From positions 768,001-832,000 of the forward strand of contig CAXXMU010000001.1 of NCBI GenBank assembly GCA_963667785.2: a stretch of DNA of 64,000 bases, read 5' to 3'. Source of the stretch: Alphaproteobacteria bacterium. GTDB taxonomy: Bacteria; Pseudomonadota; Alphaproteobacteria; UBA828. Positions 1 to 9,701 of this stretch are shown here, piece by piece. The notes under the pieces were generated by a model. The model searched no databases, was not told the origin of the DNA, and worked only from the letters and a program-made list of their open reading frames with translations. Position numbers and translations under genes: made by a program. Every line of letters starts with the position of its first letter. The first letter of the stretch is position 1.

Positions 1-369
1 GTCGACGAGCGCATCAGGGTCCATTTCGGCGGCCCGGTCGAGTCCGCGCGCGGCTTCGTCCTCCACTCCGCCGACTACACCCACGAAGCCACGCTGCGGG
101 TCGGCGACGGGTTCGCGCTCACCGCCACCATCGACGTGCTGAAGGCCATGGCCGAGGGCCGCGGCCCGAGGCTCAGCATGCTGGCGCTGGGCTACGCCGG
201 CTGGGCGCCGGGCCAGCTCGACCGCGAGATCCAGGAGAACGGCTGGCTCACCGTGCCGGCCGACGAGGAGCTGGTCTTCGACGTGGCCCAGGACGGCAAG
301 TGGGAACGCGCCGTCGGCCGCCTCGGCATCGACCCCGGCAATCTCTCGGGCGTGGCCGGCCGGGCTTAG
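1..369 (+). CDS. YqgE/AlgH family protein (5' truncated by window edge)
   Basis: Frame 1 is open from base 1, with family motifs FGGPVE..RGFVLHS and [19 protein letters not shown]. Confidence 0.9.
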   Translation, partial: VDERIRVHFGGPVESARGFVLHSADYTHEATLRVGDGFALTATIDVLKAMAEGRGPRLSMLALGYAGWAPGQLDREIQENGWLTVPADEELVFDVAQDGKWERAVGRLGIDPGNLSGVAGRA

Positions 370-431
370 CCTCTTTCTCGCTCACGGCAGCCGGCCGTCC
401 CGCGATTCCGCGCACCTGCCGACGTGTCTCC

Positions 432-1043
432 CTACCCCCGGTCCTCCTTCCCGGCCGCGACCCGCTCGCGCGGCGAGAGCGCCGCATAGAGCAGGTGGTC
501 GCGCCAGGAGCCGGCGATCTTCAGGTAGGCGCGGGCGTATCCCTCGCAGCGAAACCCGCTCTTCTCCAGCAGCGTCCGGCTCGCGACGTTCGCCGGCATG
601 CACGCGGCCTCGACCCGGTGCAGGCCGAGCGGCCCGAAGCAATGGCCGAGCAGGCCCTTGAGCGCCTCGCTCATGTGGCCCTGGCCGGCATGGGGCCGGC
701 CGATCCAGTAGCCGACGCTGCAGGACTGCGCCGCGCCGCGCTGCACGTTGCTCAGCGTCATGCCCCCCAGCAGCGCATGGTTCGAGCGGCGGAAGAGGAA
801 GAAGGCGTAGCCGACATCCTCCTGCCCGTCCCGCAACTGGCGGCGGATGCGCCGGCGGAAGGCGCTGCGGGTGAGGGCGTCGCTCTGCCAGGTCGGCTCC
901 CAGGGGCTGAGGAACTCGCGCGAGAGCGCCCGGAGCTCCGCCCACTGCCGCCAGTCGCGCATCTGCGGCGGCCTGAGGTAGAGCGAGCGCGTCTCCAGCG
1001 TCGCCTCGCGTGCGGAATCGTGGGCCGGGCGGAGGAAGGCCAT
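432..1043 (-). CDS. rimJ: RimJ/RimL family GNAT N-acetyltransferase
   Basis: Motifs LYLRPPQMRDW..WAELR..SREFLSPWEPTW, VGYWIG and LHRVEAACMPAN..S..LLEKSGF. The ATG at 1043 overlaps the tusA stop. thrC-M16-rimJ synteny. Confidence 0.88.
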   Translation of the reverse strand: MAFLRPAHDSAREATLETRSLYLRPPQMRDWRQWAELRALSREFLSPWEPTWQSDALTRSAFRRRIRRQLRDGQEDVGYAFFLFRRSNHALLGGMTLSNVQRGAAQSCSVGYWIGRPHAGQGHMSEALKGLLGHCFGPLGLHRVEAACMPANVASRTLLEKSGFRCEGYARAYLKIAGSWRDHLLYAALSPRERVAAGKEDRG

Positions 1044-1348
1044 CAGCCGGGCACCCTGATCCTGAAGGCGTAGGTGCCGGCCTCCTCCCGCCAGCCGAGC
1101 AGCGCGAAGGGCGTGGTCTCGCAGAAGTGTCTGAAGTCGATGACCGCCGCCGGGTCGGTCGCCAGCACCGCGAGCGTCGCCCCCGGCGCGAGCCGCTTCA
1201 GCACTTTGCGCGCCTTGAGCACCGGCAGCGGGCACATCAGGCCGCGCACGTCGAGCACCTCGTCCGCATCCTCGACTCCGCCCTCTGGCGCGCCCTCGGG
1301 CGGGGCCTGCGTCCGGGCCTCAGGCGAAGCGGGCGGTGATCGCGTCAT
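1043..1348 (-). CDS. tusA: TusA/SirA family sulfur carrier protein
   Basis: LDVRGLMCPLPVLKARK..L..G..L.VLATDP signature. Start codon uncertain. Confidence 0.85.
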   Translation of the reverse strand: MTRSPPASPEARTQAPPEGAPEGGVEDADEVLDVRGLMCPLPVLKARKVLKRLAPGATLAVLATDPAAVIDFRHFCETTPFALLGWREEAGTYAFRIRVPG

Positions 1349-2579
1349 GGCTCTCCAGCCCGGCGACGGGGCCGAGCGCCGCGACCGTCGGCCGGCCTCC
1401 CTGCAGGATGCGCGCGGCGGTGCGGCGCACCGCGTCGGCGTCGATGGCGTCGACGCGCTCGATCATCTCAGCGATCGGCAGCGGCCGGCCGAACAGCAGC
1501 ATGTGGCGGCCCAGCCGCTCGGCCCTGGCCTGGGTGCTCTCCAGCGACATCAGCAGCCCCGCCTTGAGCTGGGCGCGGGCGCGGGCGACCTCGTCATCGC
1601 CCACCGCCTCGCAGGCCTTGACCAGCTCGCCCGCCATCACCGGCACGAGCTCGCCGAGCTCGGCCTCGCCGGCGCCGGCGTAGACGCCGAAGATGCCGCC
1701 GTCGGCGTAGCTGGAGGAGAAGGTGAAGACCGAATAGGCGAGGCCGCGCTTCTCCCGCACCTCCTGGAAGAGGCGCGACGACATGCCGCCGCCCAGCAGT
1801 GTCGAGAGCACCTGCAGCGTGTAGAAGTCGGGGTCGTCGTAGGCGATGCCGTCGAAGCCCAGCACCAGATGCGCCTGCTCCAGCTCGCGCGTCATGCGGC
1901 AGTCCCCGCCGCCATAGACCGCCGCCTGGGAGGCGGGCACCGGCCCGTCCGGTAGCGCCGTGAACGCGGCCTCGGCAGAGGCGACCAGCGCCTCGTGGTC
2001 GATGCGACCTGAGCCCACTAGCACCATGCGCGGCGCCCGGTAGTGGGCGCCCATGTAGGCGGCGAGCGCATCGCGCGAATAGCCGCGCACCTGCTCCGGC
2101 GGGCCGAGGATGCTGCGGCCCAAGGGCTGGTCGGGGTAGGCGGTCTCCTGAAAGCGGTCGAACACGAGGTCGTCCGGCGTGTCGTGGACCTGCGCGATCT
2201 CCTGGATGACCACGGCGCGCTCGCGCTCCAGCTCGTCCGCGTCGAAGGTGGAGTGCTGCAGGATGTCGGCCAGCAGATCGAGCGCGAGCGGCACGTCCTC
2301 CTTCATCACCTTGGCGTAATAGGCGGTGATCTCGCGCGAGGTGTAGGCGTTGAGGTGGCCGCCCACCGCCTCGATCTCCTCGGCGATGGCGCGCGCGCTG
2401 CGCCGCTCGGTGCCCTTGAAGGCCATGTGCTCCAGCAGGTGCGAGAGGCCGTTGGTCTCCTCCGTCTCGCAGCGGGCGCCGACATCGACCCAGAGGCCGA
2501 GGGAGGCGGTCTCCAGGTGATCCACCGGGTCGCTCACCACGCGGAGCCCGCTGGCGAGCGTGGCGATCTGCACGTTCAT
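1320..2579 (-). CDS. M16 family zinc metallopeptidase
   Basis: Inverted zincin HLLEH motif, LNAYTSRE and GGGMSSRLFQEVREKRGLAY. Confidence 0.95.
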   Translation of the reverse strand: MNVQIATLASGLRVVSDPVDHLETASLGLWVDVGARCETEETNGLSHLLEHMAFKGTERRSARAIAEEIEAVGGHLNAYTSREITAYYAKVMKEDVPLALDLLADILQHSTFDADELERERAVVIQEIAQVHDTPDDLVFDRFQETAYPDQPLGRSILGPPEQVRGYSRDALAAYMGAHYRAPRMVLVGSGRIDHEALVASAEAAFTALPDGPVPASQAAVYGGGDCRMTRELEQAHLVLGFDGIAYDDPDFYTLQVLSTLLGGGMSSRLFQEVREKRGLAYSVFTFSSSYADGGIFGVYAGAGEAELGELVPVMAGELVKACEAVGDDEVARARAQLKAGLLMSLESTQARAERLGRHMLLFGRPLPIAEMIERVDAIDADAVRRTAARILQGGRPTVAALGPVAGLESHDAITARFA

Positions 2580-3997
2580 GCCACCCGCTCCCGGGCCGGC
2601 GCGTGGACGCGGTCGCGGACGAAGCGCGCGAGCAGGCCGGCATCGACGGGCAGCTCCGTCACCCGCTCAGGCTTCGCCGCGAGCTGGGCGAGGCGGGGCG
2701 GCAGCGCCGGGCGGATGCCGACGGCGCGCTCGATGGCGTCGGGGAACTTGGCGGCATGCGCGGTGGCGAGGCAGACCATGGGCGCCGCGCCCGCGCCGTG
2801 CGCGAGGCTCCGGGCGGCGTGGACACCCGCCGCGCTGTGCGGGTCGATCATCCGGCCTGTCGTGCGCCAGACCTCGGCGATGGCGGCGAGGCAGGCGTCG
2901 TCGTCGGCGCGGCCGGCGGCGAAGCTCGCCTGCGCCTGCCGCAGCGTGGCGCCCTTGAGGGTGAAGGCGCCGTCCCGCGCAAGCTGCGCCATCAGCACCC
3001 GCACCTCAGCCCCGTCGCGGCCCGCGAGGTCCGCCAGCAGGCGCTCGAAGTTGCTCGCGACCTGGATGTCCATGCTGGGGCTCAGCGTCCGCTGCACCTC
3101 GCCCCTGGCGTAGCGGCCCGTCTCGAAGAAGCGGGCGAGGATGTCGTTCCGGTTCGTCGCCACCACCAGCCGCTCGACGGGCAGCCCCATCCGCTTCGCC
3201 GCGTAGCCGGCGTAGACGTTGCCGAAGTTCCCCGTCGGCACGGTGAAGGAGACGGCCCGCTCCGGCGCCCCCAGCGCCAGCGCCGCGTGGATGTAGTAGG
3301 CGACCTGGGCCGCGACCCGCGCCCAGTTGATCGAGTTGACGGCCGCGAGCCCGATCTCGTCCCTGAGCGCGAGGTCGGCGAAGAGCGCCTTCACCAGCGC
3401 CTGGCAGTCGTCGAAGGTGCCGGCGACGGCGACGTTGTGGACGTTGGGCTCGGCCGCGCATGTCATCTGGCGCCGCTGCATCTCGGAGACCCGGCCCGCC
3501 GGGTGCAGCACGACGATGGAGACCCGCGCAAGCCCGCGAAACGCCTCGATCGCCGCGGCGCCCGTGTCTCCCGAGGTGGCGGCGAGGATGGTCGCCGTGC
3601 GCCCCCGCCGGGCCAGCACCGCGTCCAGCATCCGCGCCACCATCTGCAGCGCGAAGTCCTTGAAGGCGAGCGTCGGCCCGTGGAAGAGCTCCTGGAGCCA
3701 GAGGTTGGGGCCGAGCTGCACCAGCGGCGCCGTCGCCGGGTGGTCGAAGCCGGCATAGCTCTCGGCCGCGATCCCGGCGAGCTCCGCGCGGGAGAAGGCG
3801 CGGCCGGCGAACCGCGCCATGACGGCCGCCGCGACGTCCGCATAAGGGCGGCCGCGCAGGCCCGCGAGCGCGCCTGAGTCGAGGGCGGGCCAGCGCTCGG
3901 GGACGTAGAGGCCGCCGTCGCGGGCGAGGCCCTGGAGCAGGGCATGCTCGAACGAGACCGTCCGGCCGTCGCTCTGCCGCGTGCTGATGTAGCGCAA
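2576..3997 (-). CDS. thrC: threonine synthase
   Basis: MRYISTR start, LFHGPTLAFKD (PLP lysine), ATSGDTG, NSINWAR, VPTGNFGN and ATAHAAKF. Confidence 0.96.
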   Translation of the reverse strand: MRYISTRQSDGRTVSFEHALLQGLARDGGLYVPERWPALDSGALAGLRGRPYADVAAAVMARFAGRAFSRAELAGIAAESYAGFDHPATAPLVQLGPNLWLQELFHGPTLAFKDFALQMVARMLDAVLARRGRTATILAATSGDTGAAAIEAFRGLARVSIVVLHPAGRVSEMQRRQMTCAAEPNVHNVAVAGTFDDCQALVKALFADLALRDEIGLAAVNSINWARVAAQVAYYIHAALALGAPERAVSFTVPTGNFGNVYAGYAAKRMGLPVERLVVATNRNDILARFFETGRYARGEVQRTLSPSMDIQVASNFERLLADLAGRDGAEVRVLMAQLARDGAFTLKGATLRQAQASFAAGRADDDACLAAIAEVWRTTGRMIDPHSAAGVHAARSLAHGAGAAPMVCLATAHAAKFPDAIERAVGIRPALPPRLAQLAAKPERVTELPVDAGLLARFVRDRVHAPARERVA

Positions 3998-4219
3998 GCC
4001 GCGCTCCCCCTGCTCGCCTTGTCCGCCGTGTTCGCCGGGCCGCCGGTGCGTTCCGCGCTCTCCGGCGCCCCTCCCTCACATGCCCCCACACGCGCCCCCG
4101 GTCAAGCGGGAAGGGGGGCCGGTATTGTGTGACGACCTTGCTCTGCCATGTCTTTCCCTGCAGCTCCAGAACCTAAGTCCTTGCCTCGACGTTATTCCAG
4201 CAATTGCCCTTTCGCATTC

Positions 4220-5554
4220 CTAGATTGCAATGCCTTTCAACTTTCGATAGAGGTCGAGCGCGAACCGATCTGTCATTCCTGAAATGAAGTCTGTTACTCG
4301 TAACCAACAATCGTATCGGCTAGTTACGCCGATAAATTCGCAAGTGACAAGCCGGCTGAGCATTTGCGACTTACCTGACAACTTCTCCGGGTTCCATTCC
4401 GCGTCTTCAAGGTCGTTCACAACAGGAAGAAACAACTCTAGCAAGCCTGAGATTATTTCCGATCCCGCTATTTCGATTATTGTTTTCCGCTCCGACCAAA
4501 AGATTTTTTCCTTCGCAACACGCTTCAATTTGCGAACGTCCGCGCCGTGCGGAGTATCCGCCAATAGCTCCGTTGTATACTTCCCAGCTAATAGAGAAGT
4601 TTCGTTTTCCAGAAATACATCCGATGCAGAATTTATGAGTCTACCGATGGCCTTGGCTCTTAGTTTGCCAATAACCTCGGCTTCCGCTTTGCTCTCTGGG
4701 ATGTCGTCCTCATTTGCGATAGGACTTAGCAAATCTTTGGCTTCATCAAAAGTAAGGTAACCCAACGAGTAACCGTCCTCTATATCAACGATTGCATAAC
4801 AAATATCGTCCGCCGCTTCCACAAGAAAGGCTAGCGGATGTCGGCACCAGCGAAAGTTCTGAGGATCACGGTGTACTAGACCTACTTGTGACGCAATTTT
4901 CTCGAAGTAACTTCGCTCAGATTCAAAGAAACCAATTTTCTTTTCGCCTACGTATTGATCAGCCGCCACTGCCTCAGTCTTGGACGAACGAGGATATTTA
5001 GAAAAGGTGGCGAGGGTAGCGTGTGTCAGCTGTAGACCACCATTCCAGTGGTTGTTTTCAAGTTGTGTCAATATGCGAAAACCTTGAGCATTACCTTCAA
5101 AATTCTTCAAATCATTTCTTTCAACATCCTTCATATTGTGACCAAATATTGCCTCGGATTTCTCAGGAGACTTGAACCACGTGCCTATTGCATGTTCTCC
5201 ACTATGACCAAATGGTGGGTTGCCAATATCGTGCGCGAGGCAGGCTGCTTGAACAATGTGTCCGAAGGTGTCAGAAGAAATACCTTCAGGTTTCAATTGA
5301 GAAGAGATCTTCGATCCAACAAGTGTGCCCAAAGATCTCCCAACAGACGCTACTTCTATACTGTGAGTTAGTCTAGTGTGCACATGGTCATTACTGGATA
5401 GAGGATGAACTTGTGTCTTGTGGGCAAGGCGCCTAAACGCCATGGAAAAGACGACTCGATCGAGATCTTGCTGAAACGGGCTGCGTCCAGTTTGTCGTTC
5501 CGCTTTAGAACAACATAATCTCTTTTCGCAGAGAAGTGTCTGCCAATCCATCAT
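4220..5554 (-). CDS. dgt: dGTP triphosphohydrolase (HD domain), AT-rich and probably horizontally acquired
   Basis: Motifs RSPFQQDLDRV..FRRL..KTQV, TRLTHSIEV, LAHDIGNPPFGHSGE, FEGNAQ, EAADDICY and DFISGMTD. Start may be 5551, 5554 or 5563. Visibly much lower GC than the flanks. Confidence 0.93.
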   Translation of the reverse strand: MMDWQTLLCEKRLCCSKAERQTGRSPFQQDLDRVVFSMAFRRLAHKTQVHPLSSNDHVHTRLTHSIEVASVGRSLGTLVGSKISSQLKPEGISSDTFGHIVQAACLAHDIGNPPFGHSGEHAIGTWFKSPEKSEAIFGHNMKDVERNDLKNFEGNAQGFRILTQLENNHWNGGLQLTHATLATFSKYPRSSKTEAVAADQYVGEKKIGFFESERSYFEKIASQVGLVHRDPQNFRWCRHPLAFLVEAADDICYAIVDIEDGYSLGYLTFDEAKDLLSPIANEDDIPESKAEAEVIGKLRAKAIGRLINSASDVFLENETSLLAGKYTTELLADTPHGADVRKLKRVAKEKIFWSERKTIIEIAGSEIISGLLELFLPVVNDLEDAEWNPEKLSGKSQMLSRLVTCEFIGVTSRYDCWLRVTDFISGMTDRFALDLYRKLKGIAI

Positions 5555-5582
5555 TCTATCCATAAGGCGCTGTTGATCATTG

Positions 5583-6365
5583 CTACCCCCTATACCCCGC
5601 ATCCATCTGGTCCAGCATGCGCATGTAGGCCTGGAACTCGAGGGTGCCGATGTCGCCCACGTGCTGGGAGAAGGCGTCGATCTCGGCCGCCGACTTCTCC
5701 GCGATCTCGTCCGGCACGAGGCTGACCGCGCCGTTCATGGCGAGCGCGTCGACCTGCGTCCTGCAGGCGGTCTCGAGGCGATGGAGGTAGAGGAAGGCCT
5801 CCGGGATGGTCCGGCCCACGCTCACCAGCCCGTGGTTGCGGAGGATCAGCGCGCGGTTGCGGCCGAGGGCCGCCACCAGCCGCGCCTTCTCGCCCTCGCT
5901 CACGATCGCGCCCTCGTATTCGTGGTAGCCGAGCGTGCCGTGGAAGAGGGTGGCGTCCAGACTGATGGGCAGCAGCCCGCAGTCCAGCGCCGCCACCGCC
6001 ATGCCGGCGGGCGAGTGGGTGTGCATGACGCAGTGGGCCTCCGGCGCGCCGGCGTGGATCGCGCCGTGGATGGCGTAGCCGGCCGCGTTCACGGACCACT
6101 CGGTGCGGCCGACGATCTCGCCCTCCAGCGTGATCCTGACCAGGTTCGACGCCGTCACCTCGCCGTAGCGGAGCCCGTAGGGGTTGATGAGGAAGTGCCG
6201 CTCCGGCCCCGGCAGGCGCACCGTCAGGTGGCCGTAGATCGATTCGTTCCAGCCGAAATGCTCGACCAGCCGGTAGGCGGCGGCGAGCTGCACGCGGAGC
6301 TCGGCCTCGCTGGGTACGAGCTCGATGGTCCCGGCCCGTGCCGTCCCTGCTGTGGATGCGCTCAT
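5583..6365 (-). CDS. class II aldolase/adducin family protein
   Basis: LAAAYRL, GHLTVR, FLINPYG..Y.EVTASNL, IHGAIH, CVMHTH and LILRNHGL. Confidence 0.92.
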   Translation of the reverse strand: MSASTAGTARAGTIELVPSEAELRVQLAAAYRLVEHFGWNESIYGHLTVRLPGPERHFLINPYGLRYGEVTASNLVRITLEGEIVGRTEWSVNAAGYAIHGAIHAGAPEAHCVMHTHSPAGMAVAALDCGLLPISLDATLFHGTLGYHEYEGAIVSEGEKARLVAALGRNRALILRNHGLVSVGRTIPEAFLYLHRLETACRTQVDALAMNGAVSLVPDEIAEKSAAEIDAFSQHVGDIGTLEFQAYMRMLDQMDAGYRG

Positions 6366-6459
6366 GGCTCTCTCCTCCCCGGCCCGATCATGCCCCAGCG
6401 CGCGCGCCGAGACCATCGCCCCCCGTGGCGCCCCCCGTGGCGCGCGAGGGACTCTTCTT

Positions 6460-6524
6460 CCGCGCTCGCGACCCTTCGGGCGCGATCTTCATGTACCGCG
6501 CTCGTGACCTTGCAGGCACGAGCG
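6460..6524. repeat. two tandem related hairpins (REP-like)
   Basis: CCGCGCTCGCGACCCTTCGGGCGCGA (cUUCGg loop) and CCGCGCTCGTGACCTTGCAGGCACGAGCG share a left arm, with a compensating C-G/T-A change in the stem. Confidence 0.5.
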
Positions 6525-6678
6525 ACACCCCGGACCATGGTGCGGTGCACGGTGCGCGGCGCGGGTGCCAGGGTGGCGCCATGCAAGGCAATGACCAGCA
6601 GTGCTCGACAGGCGGCACCAGCGGGAAGGCGCGGCCTTCTTCCGCGCCGGCGCTCCCGCCCGCCGCCCGGCGCCGGCC

Positions 6679-6768
6679 GTGCCGATTTGAGCCACTTTGC
6701 GCCGCGTCGTGCCGCTTTGTGCCGGATTGTGCCGCTCAAAATAAATTATTTGCGGAGTGTGCCACTTT
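6679..6768. repeat. 10-bp-period direct repeat array (consensus GTGCCRCTTT) with AT-rich interruption
   Basis: GTGCCGATTT GAGCCACTTT GCGCCGCGTC GTGCCGCTTT GTGCCGGATT GTGCCGCTCA, then 20 bp (AAATAAATTATTTGCGGAGT), then GTGCCACTTT in the same phase. Confidence 0.8.
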
Positions 6769-6787
6769 GCGGTCCCGCCGCCCGCGC

Positions 6788-7573
6788 CTACCCCTCGAAG
6801 CGCACCTCGGCGCTGCCGATTGGGCCGAACTCGGCGGTCACCGTGTCGCCCGGCTTGCACTGCACCACGTCCGCCGCGCTGCCGGTGGTCACGACATGGC
6901 CGGCCTCCAGCGCGAGGCCGCGGGCGCTCAGATGGTTCGCGAGCCAGACCATGACGTTCCAGGGATCGCCGAGGACGTTGGCGCCCGCTCCCTCGCTCAC
7001 CACCTCGCCGTCGATCCGCACCACGACGGGCTGGCCGGCGAGATCGTGGGCGAGGCCATCCGCCGCCGGCGGCCCGAGGCAGAGCAGGCAGCCGATGGCG
7101 TTGTCGGCGATCAGGTCGTCCGCGCGCATGGAGAGCCAGTCCGCATAGCGTGAGTCCGGCACCTCGATGGCGGGGTGGACGCTGGCGACCGCCGCCTTCA
7201 CCTCCTCCAGCGTGTAGGGCGCGTCGCGGGGGCCGAGGGCGCGGGCCATGACGAAGTCGAACTCCGCCTCGATGGCGTGGAAGTTCACGCTGTTCGCCGG
7301 CACCGTCAGCGGGCTCTCGCCCACGAAGTCGGCGAAGAGGCGGCCCGAGAAGGGGGCGTCGACGCCGAAGCGCGCCTGCACCTGCGCGTTGGTGGCGCCG
7401 ATCTTGTAGCCGGCGATGCGCAGGCCTGCGCGCGCCGCGAGCCCGTCCTGCACCGCGTAGGCGTCTTCCATCGAGCCCGGCCGGCAGTCCGCCGGCAGCG
7501 CGTCGAGCTGCGCCCGGTCCTGCCACGCCTGCCAGAGCAGCGCGCCGCCGCGCGCCGCCGACTCACGATCCAT
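6788..7573 (-). CDS. 2-keto-4-pentenoate hydratase / fumarylacetoacetate hydrolase family protein
   Basis: AYAVQ, GYKIGAT, IEAEF, PAIEVPDSR, IADNA, VLGDP..WLAN and G.VVTTGS. Confidence 0.92.
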   Translation of the reverse strand: MDRESAARGGALLWQAWQDRAQLDALPADCRPGSMEDAYAVQDGLAARAGLRIAGYKIGATNAQVQARFGVDAPFSGRLFADFVGESPLTVPANSVNFHAIEAEFDFVMARALGPRDAPYTLEEVKAAVASVHPAIEVPDSRYADWLSMRADDLIADNAIGCLLCLGPPAADGLAHDLAGQPVVVRIDGEVVSEGAGANVLGDPWNVMVWLANHLSARGLALEAGHVVTTGSAADVVQCKPGDTVTAEFGPIGSAEVRFEG

Positions 7574-7618
7574 GCTCTCTCTCCCTGTCCTACTTGCCCG
7601 TCGTGCCGGTCCGCCCCG

Positions 7619-8371
7619 TCAGGCCGCCGAGCGCCGCGCGCCTGCGGTCTCGATCAGGCCGAGGAAGTTGCGGAAGAGCCGGGCGCCGTTGCCGCGCAGC
7701 GTCTCCTCCTCGCGCGCGGCGTCGGCGACCATGCGTGCGAACGCGCCTGCGCCCTGCTCCCGCTCCAGCGCGGCGATGTAGTCGGGGAAGGCCTCGGTCG
7801 CCCGCACCAGCGCCGCGTCCACCTCCATGTGGAACTGCACGCCGTAGGCCGCGCCGCCGAGGCGGAAGGCCTGCACGGCGCAGGCGTCGGACGAGGCAAG
7901 CAGCGCCGCGCCGGCCGGCAGCGCGCTGACCGCGTTCAGGTGCCACTGCATGGTGAGCGGGGTCGCCGGGAGCCCGGCGAAGAGCGGATCGGCGCGGCCC
8001 TCAGCCGTCAGCGAGAATTCCAGGATGCCGATCTCGGCCCGCGCCAGCGGCCCCACGGTGCCGCCGTGGGCGTCGGCCAGAAGCTGGCAGCCGAGGCAGA
8101 CGCCGAGCACCGGCAGCCCGCTCGCCACCGCGTCCCGCAGCAGCGCCTTCTCGGGCCCGAGCCAGGGATGGAGACGCTCCTCGTCCGCCTGCTGCGGGCC
8201 GCCCATGGCGAGCACGGCAGCGAAGCCCTCCGGCGACGACGGCAGCGGTTCGCCCCGCCAGGGATCGCAGGCACGCCAGGCGATGCCCGTCTCCTCCATC
8301 ACCTCGCCGAAGACACCCGGAACGTCGATCGCCGAATGCTGGAGGACGAGGACCGGAGCCGGCTGCGCCAT
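7619..8371 (-). CDS. type 1 glutamine amidotransferase (GMP-synthase-like stand-alone GATase)
   Basis: MGGP, LGVCLGCQLLA (nucleophile Cys) and YGVQFHME (His-x-Glu). Confidence 0.9.
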   Translation of the reverse strand: MAQPAPVLVLQHSAIDVPGVFGEVMEETGIAWRACDPWRGEPLPSSPEGFAAVLAMGGPQQADEERLHPWLGPEKALLRDAVASGLPVLGVCLGCQLLADAHGGTVGPLARAEIGILEFSLTAEGRADPLFAGLPATPLTMQWHLNAVSALPAGAALLASSDACAVQAFRLGGAAYGVQFHMEVDAALVRATEAFPDYIAALEREQGAGAFARMVADAAREEETLRGNGARLFRNFLGLIETAGARRSAA

Positions 8372-8374
8372 TCC

Positions 8375-9517
8375 CTACCAGAGCCGGTCCGAGGCCAGCG
8401 CCGCGCCCTCGGCGAGCGTGCGCAGCTTGGCGTAGCAGATCGCCGGGTCGATCTTGCCGAAGCCGGCGAAGGTGGCGAAGCCGCAATCGGCGCCGGCGAG
8501 CACGCGCTCGCGGCCGACGATGTCGGCGAAGCGGCAGATGCGCTCCGCCACCAGCCCCGGGTGCTCGACGAAGTTGGAGACCGAATCGATGACGCCGGGA
8601 ATCAGCACCTTGTCCTCGGGCACGCCGCGCTCGGCGAAGACGGACCATTCGTGGGCGTGGCGCGGGTTGGCGGCCTCGAAGGAAATCGCCTGCGGCTTCG
8701 CCTTCATCACCACGTCGTAGATGGCGCCGAGCTCGACGTCGCAGACATGGGGCCCCTCGTAGTTGCCCCAGCAGAGGTGGAGCCGCGCCGCCTCGGCGGG
8801 GATGGTCGCGAGCGCCGCGTTCAGTGCCTCCACCTGGCGTTCGGCGTGGGCGACGAAGGCGCTCTCGCTCTCGTCCGCGTACATGGTGTGGCGGCCCATG
8901 GCGAGGTCGGGGCAGTCGAGCTGGATCACGAAGCCCGCCGCGTGGATCGCCTCGTACTCGGCCCGCATCACCTCTGCGAGCGCCTCCAGGTAGGCGTCCT
9001 CGCCGGGGTAGTGGCGGTTCGGCTGGAACACCGAGATGACGCCCGGGGAGGCCGCGTTCATGAAGCCTTCCGCCGCGCCGGCGCCCTGGAGCGCCGCGGC
9101 CATGTTGGCGAGGTCCTTCTCCAGCGGCGCTTCATCCCTGATGCCGATCTCGCCCGTGCACATGGCGCGCTTGATCTTCGGCGTCTGGCCCTGGGCGGCG
9201 ATGCGCTGCACGTAGTCCGGGTAGAGCGCGAGGTCCGCCGGCACCCGGCGCGGGCTGTCGCCGGAGAAGCCGTGCAGCCGGTCCTTGATGTAGGTGGAAT
9301 AGCCGATCTTGCTCATCTCGCCGTCGGAGACGATGTCGACCCCGGCATCGACCTGCTGGCGCACCACGTCGGCCACGGCGCGCCTCATGCAGGCGTCGAA
9401 CGCACCCTGGTCGGCAAGCGTGCCGTCCTCCTTGGCGAGCAGCATGTCGGAGACGTCCGGCGGCCTGGGCAGGCTGCCGACATGGGTCGTGAGCACGCGC
9501 TCGGTGCTGAGCTTCAT
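8375..9517 (-). CDS. cobalamin-independent methionine synthase II family protein (C-terminal MetE-like / epoxyalkane:CoM transferase-like)
   Basis: TTHVGSLPRP, DIVSDGE, QLDCPDLA, Zn ligands in HLCWGNY and AGADCGF. ATG at 9517. Confidence 0.9.
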   Translation of the reverse strand: MKLSTERVLTTHVGSLPRPPDVSDMLLAKEDGTLADQGAFDACMRRAVADVVRQQVDAGVDIVSDGEMSKIGYSTYIKDRLHGFSGDSPRRVPADLALYPDYVQRIAAQGQTPKIKRAMCTGEIGIRDEAPLEKDLANMAAALQGAGAAEGFMNAASPGVISVFQPNRHYPGEDAYLEALAEVMRAEYEAIHAAGFVIQLDCPDLAMGRHTMYADESESAFVAHAERQVEALNAALATIPAEAARLHLCWGNYEGPHVCDVELGAIYDVVMKAKPQAISFEAANPRHAHEWSVFAERGVPEDKVLIPGVIDSVSNFVEHPGLVAERICRFADIVGRERVLAGADCGFATFAGFGKIDPAICYAKLRTLAEGAALASDRLW

Positions 9518-9701
9518 GCCGTCCCCCACCCCTCTCCGCAAGCGGAGAGGGCATACGTGGAATACCGCCGGACTATAGCGGATGGCCCCGCCCGCCGCGA
9601 CCTTGCAGCCCCCGCCGGCCCTCGTTCCCGCCCGCCGGTCTTGACCGGCATCCGGGGCAGGCGTAACCCGTCGCCAGCAACCGGCGGGATCGGGCAGCGA
9701 C

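Noticed and set aside
6679-6768. Decamer array as a CRISPR array or sigma-54 promoter
   Set aside because: There are no spacers or cas genes. The minus-strand TGGCAC has 8 nt between GG and GC instead of the required 10.
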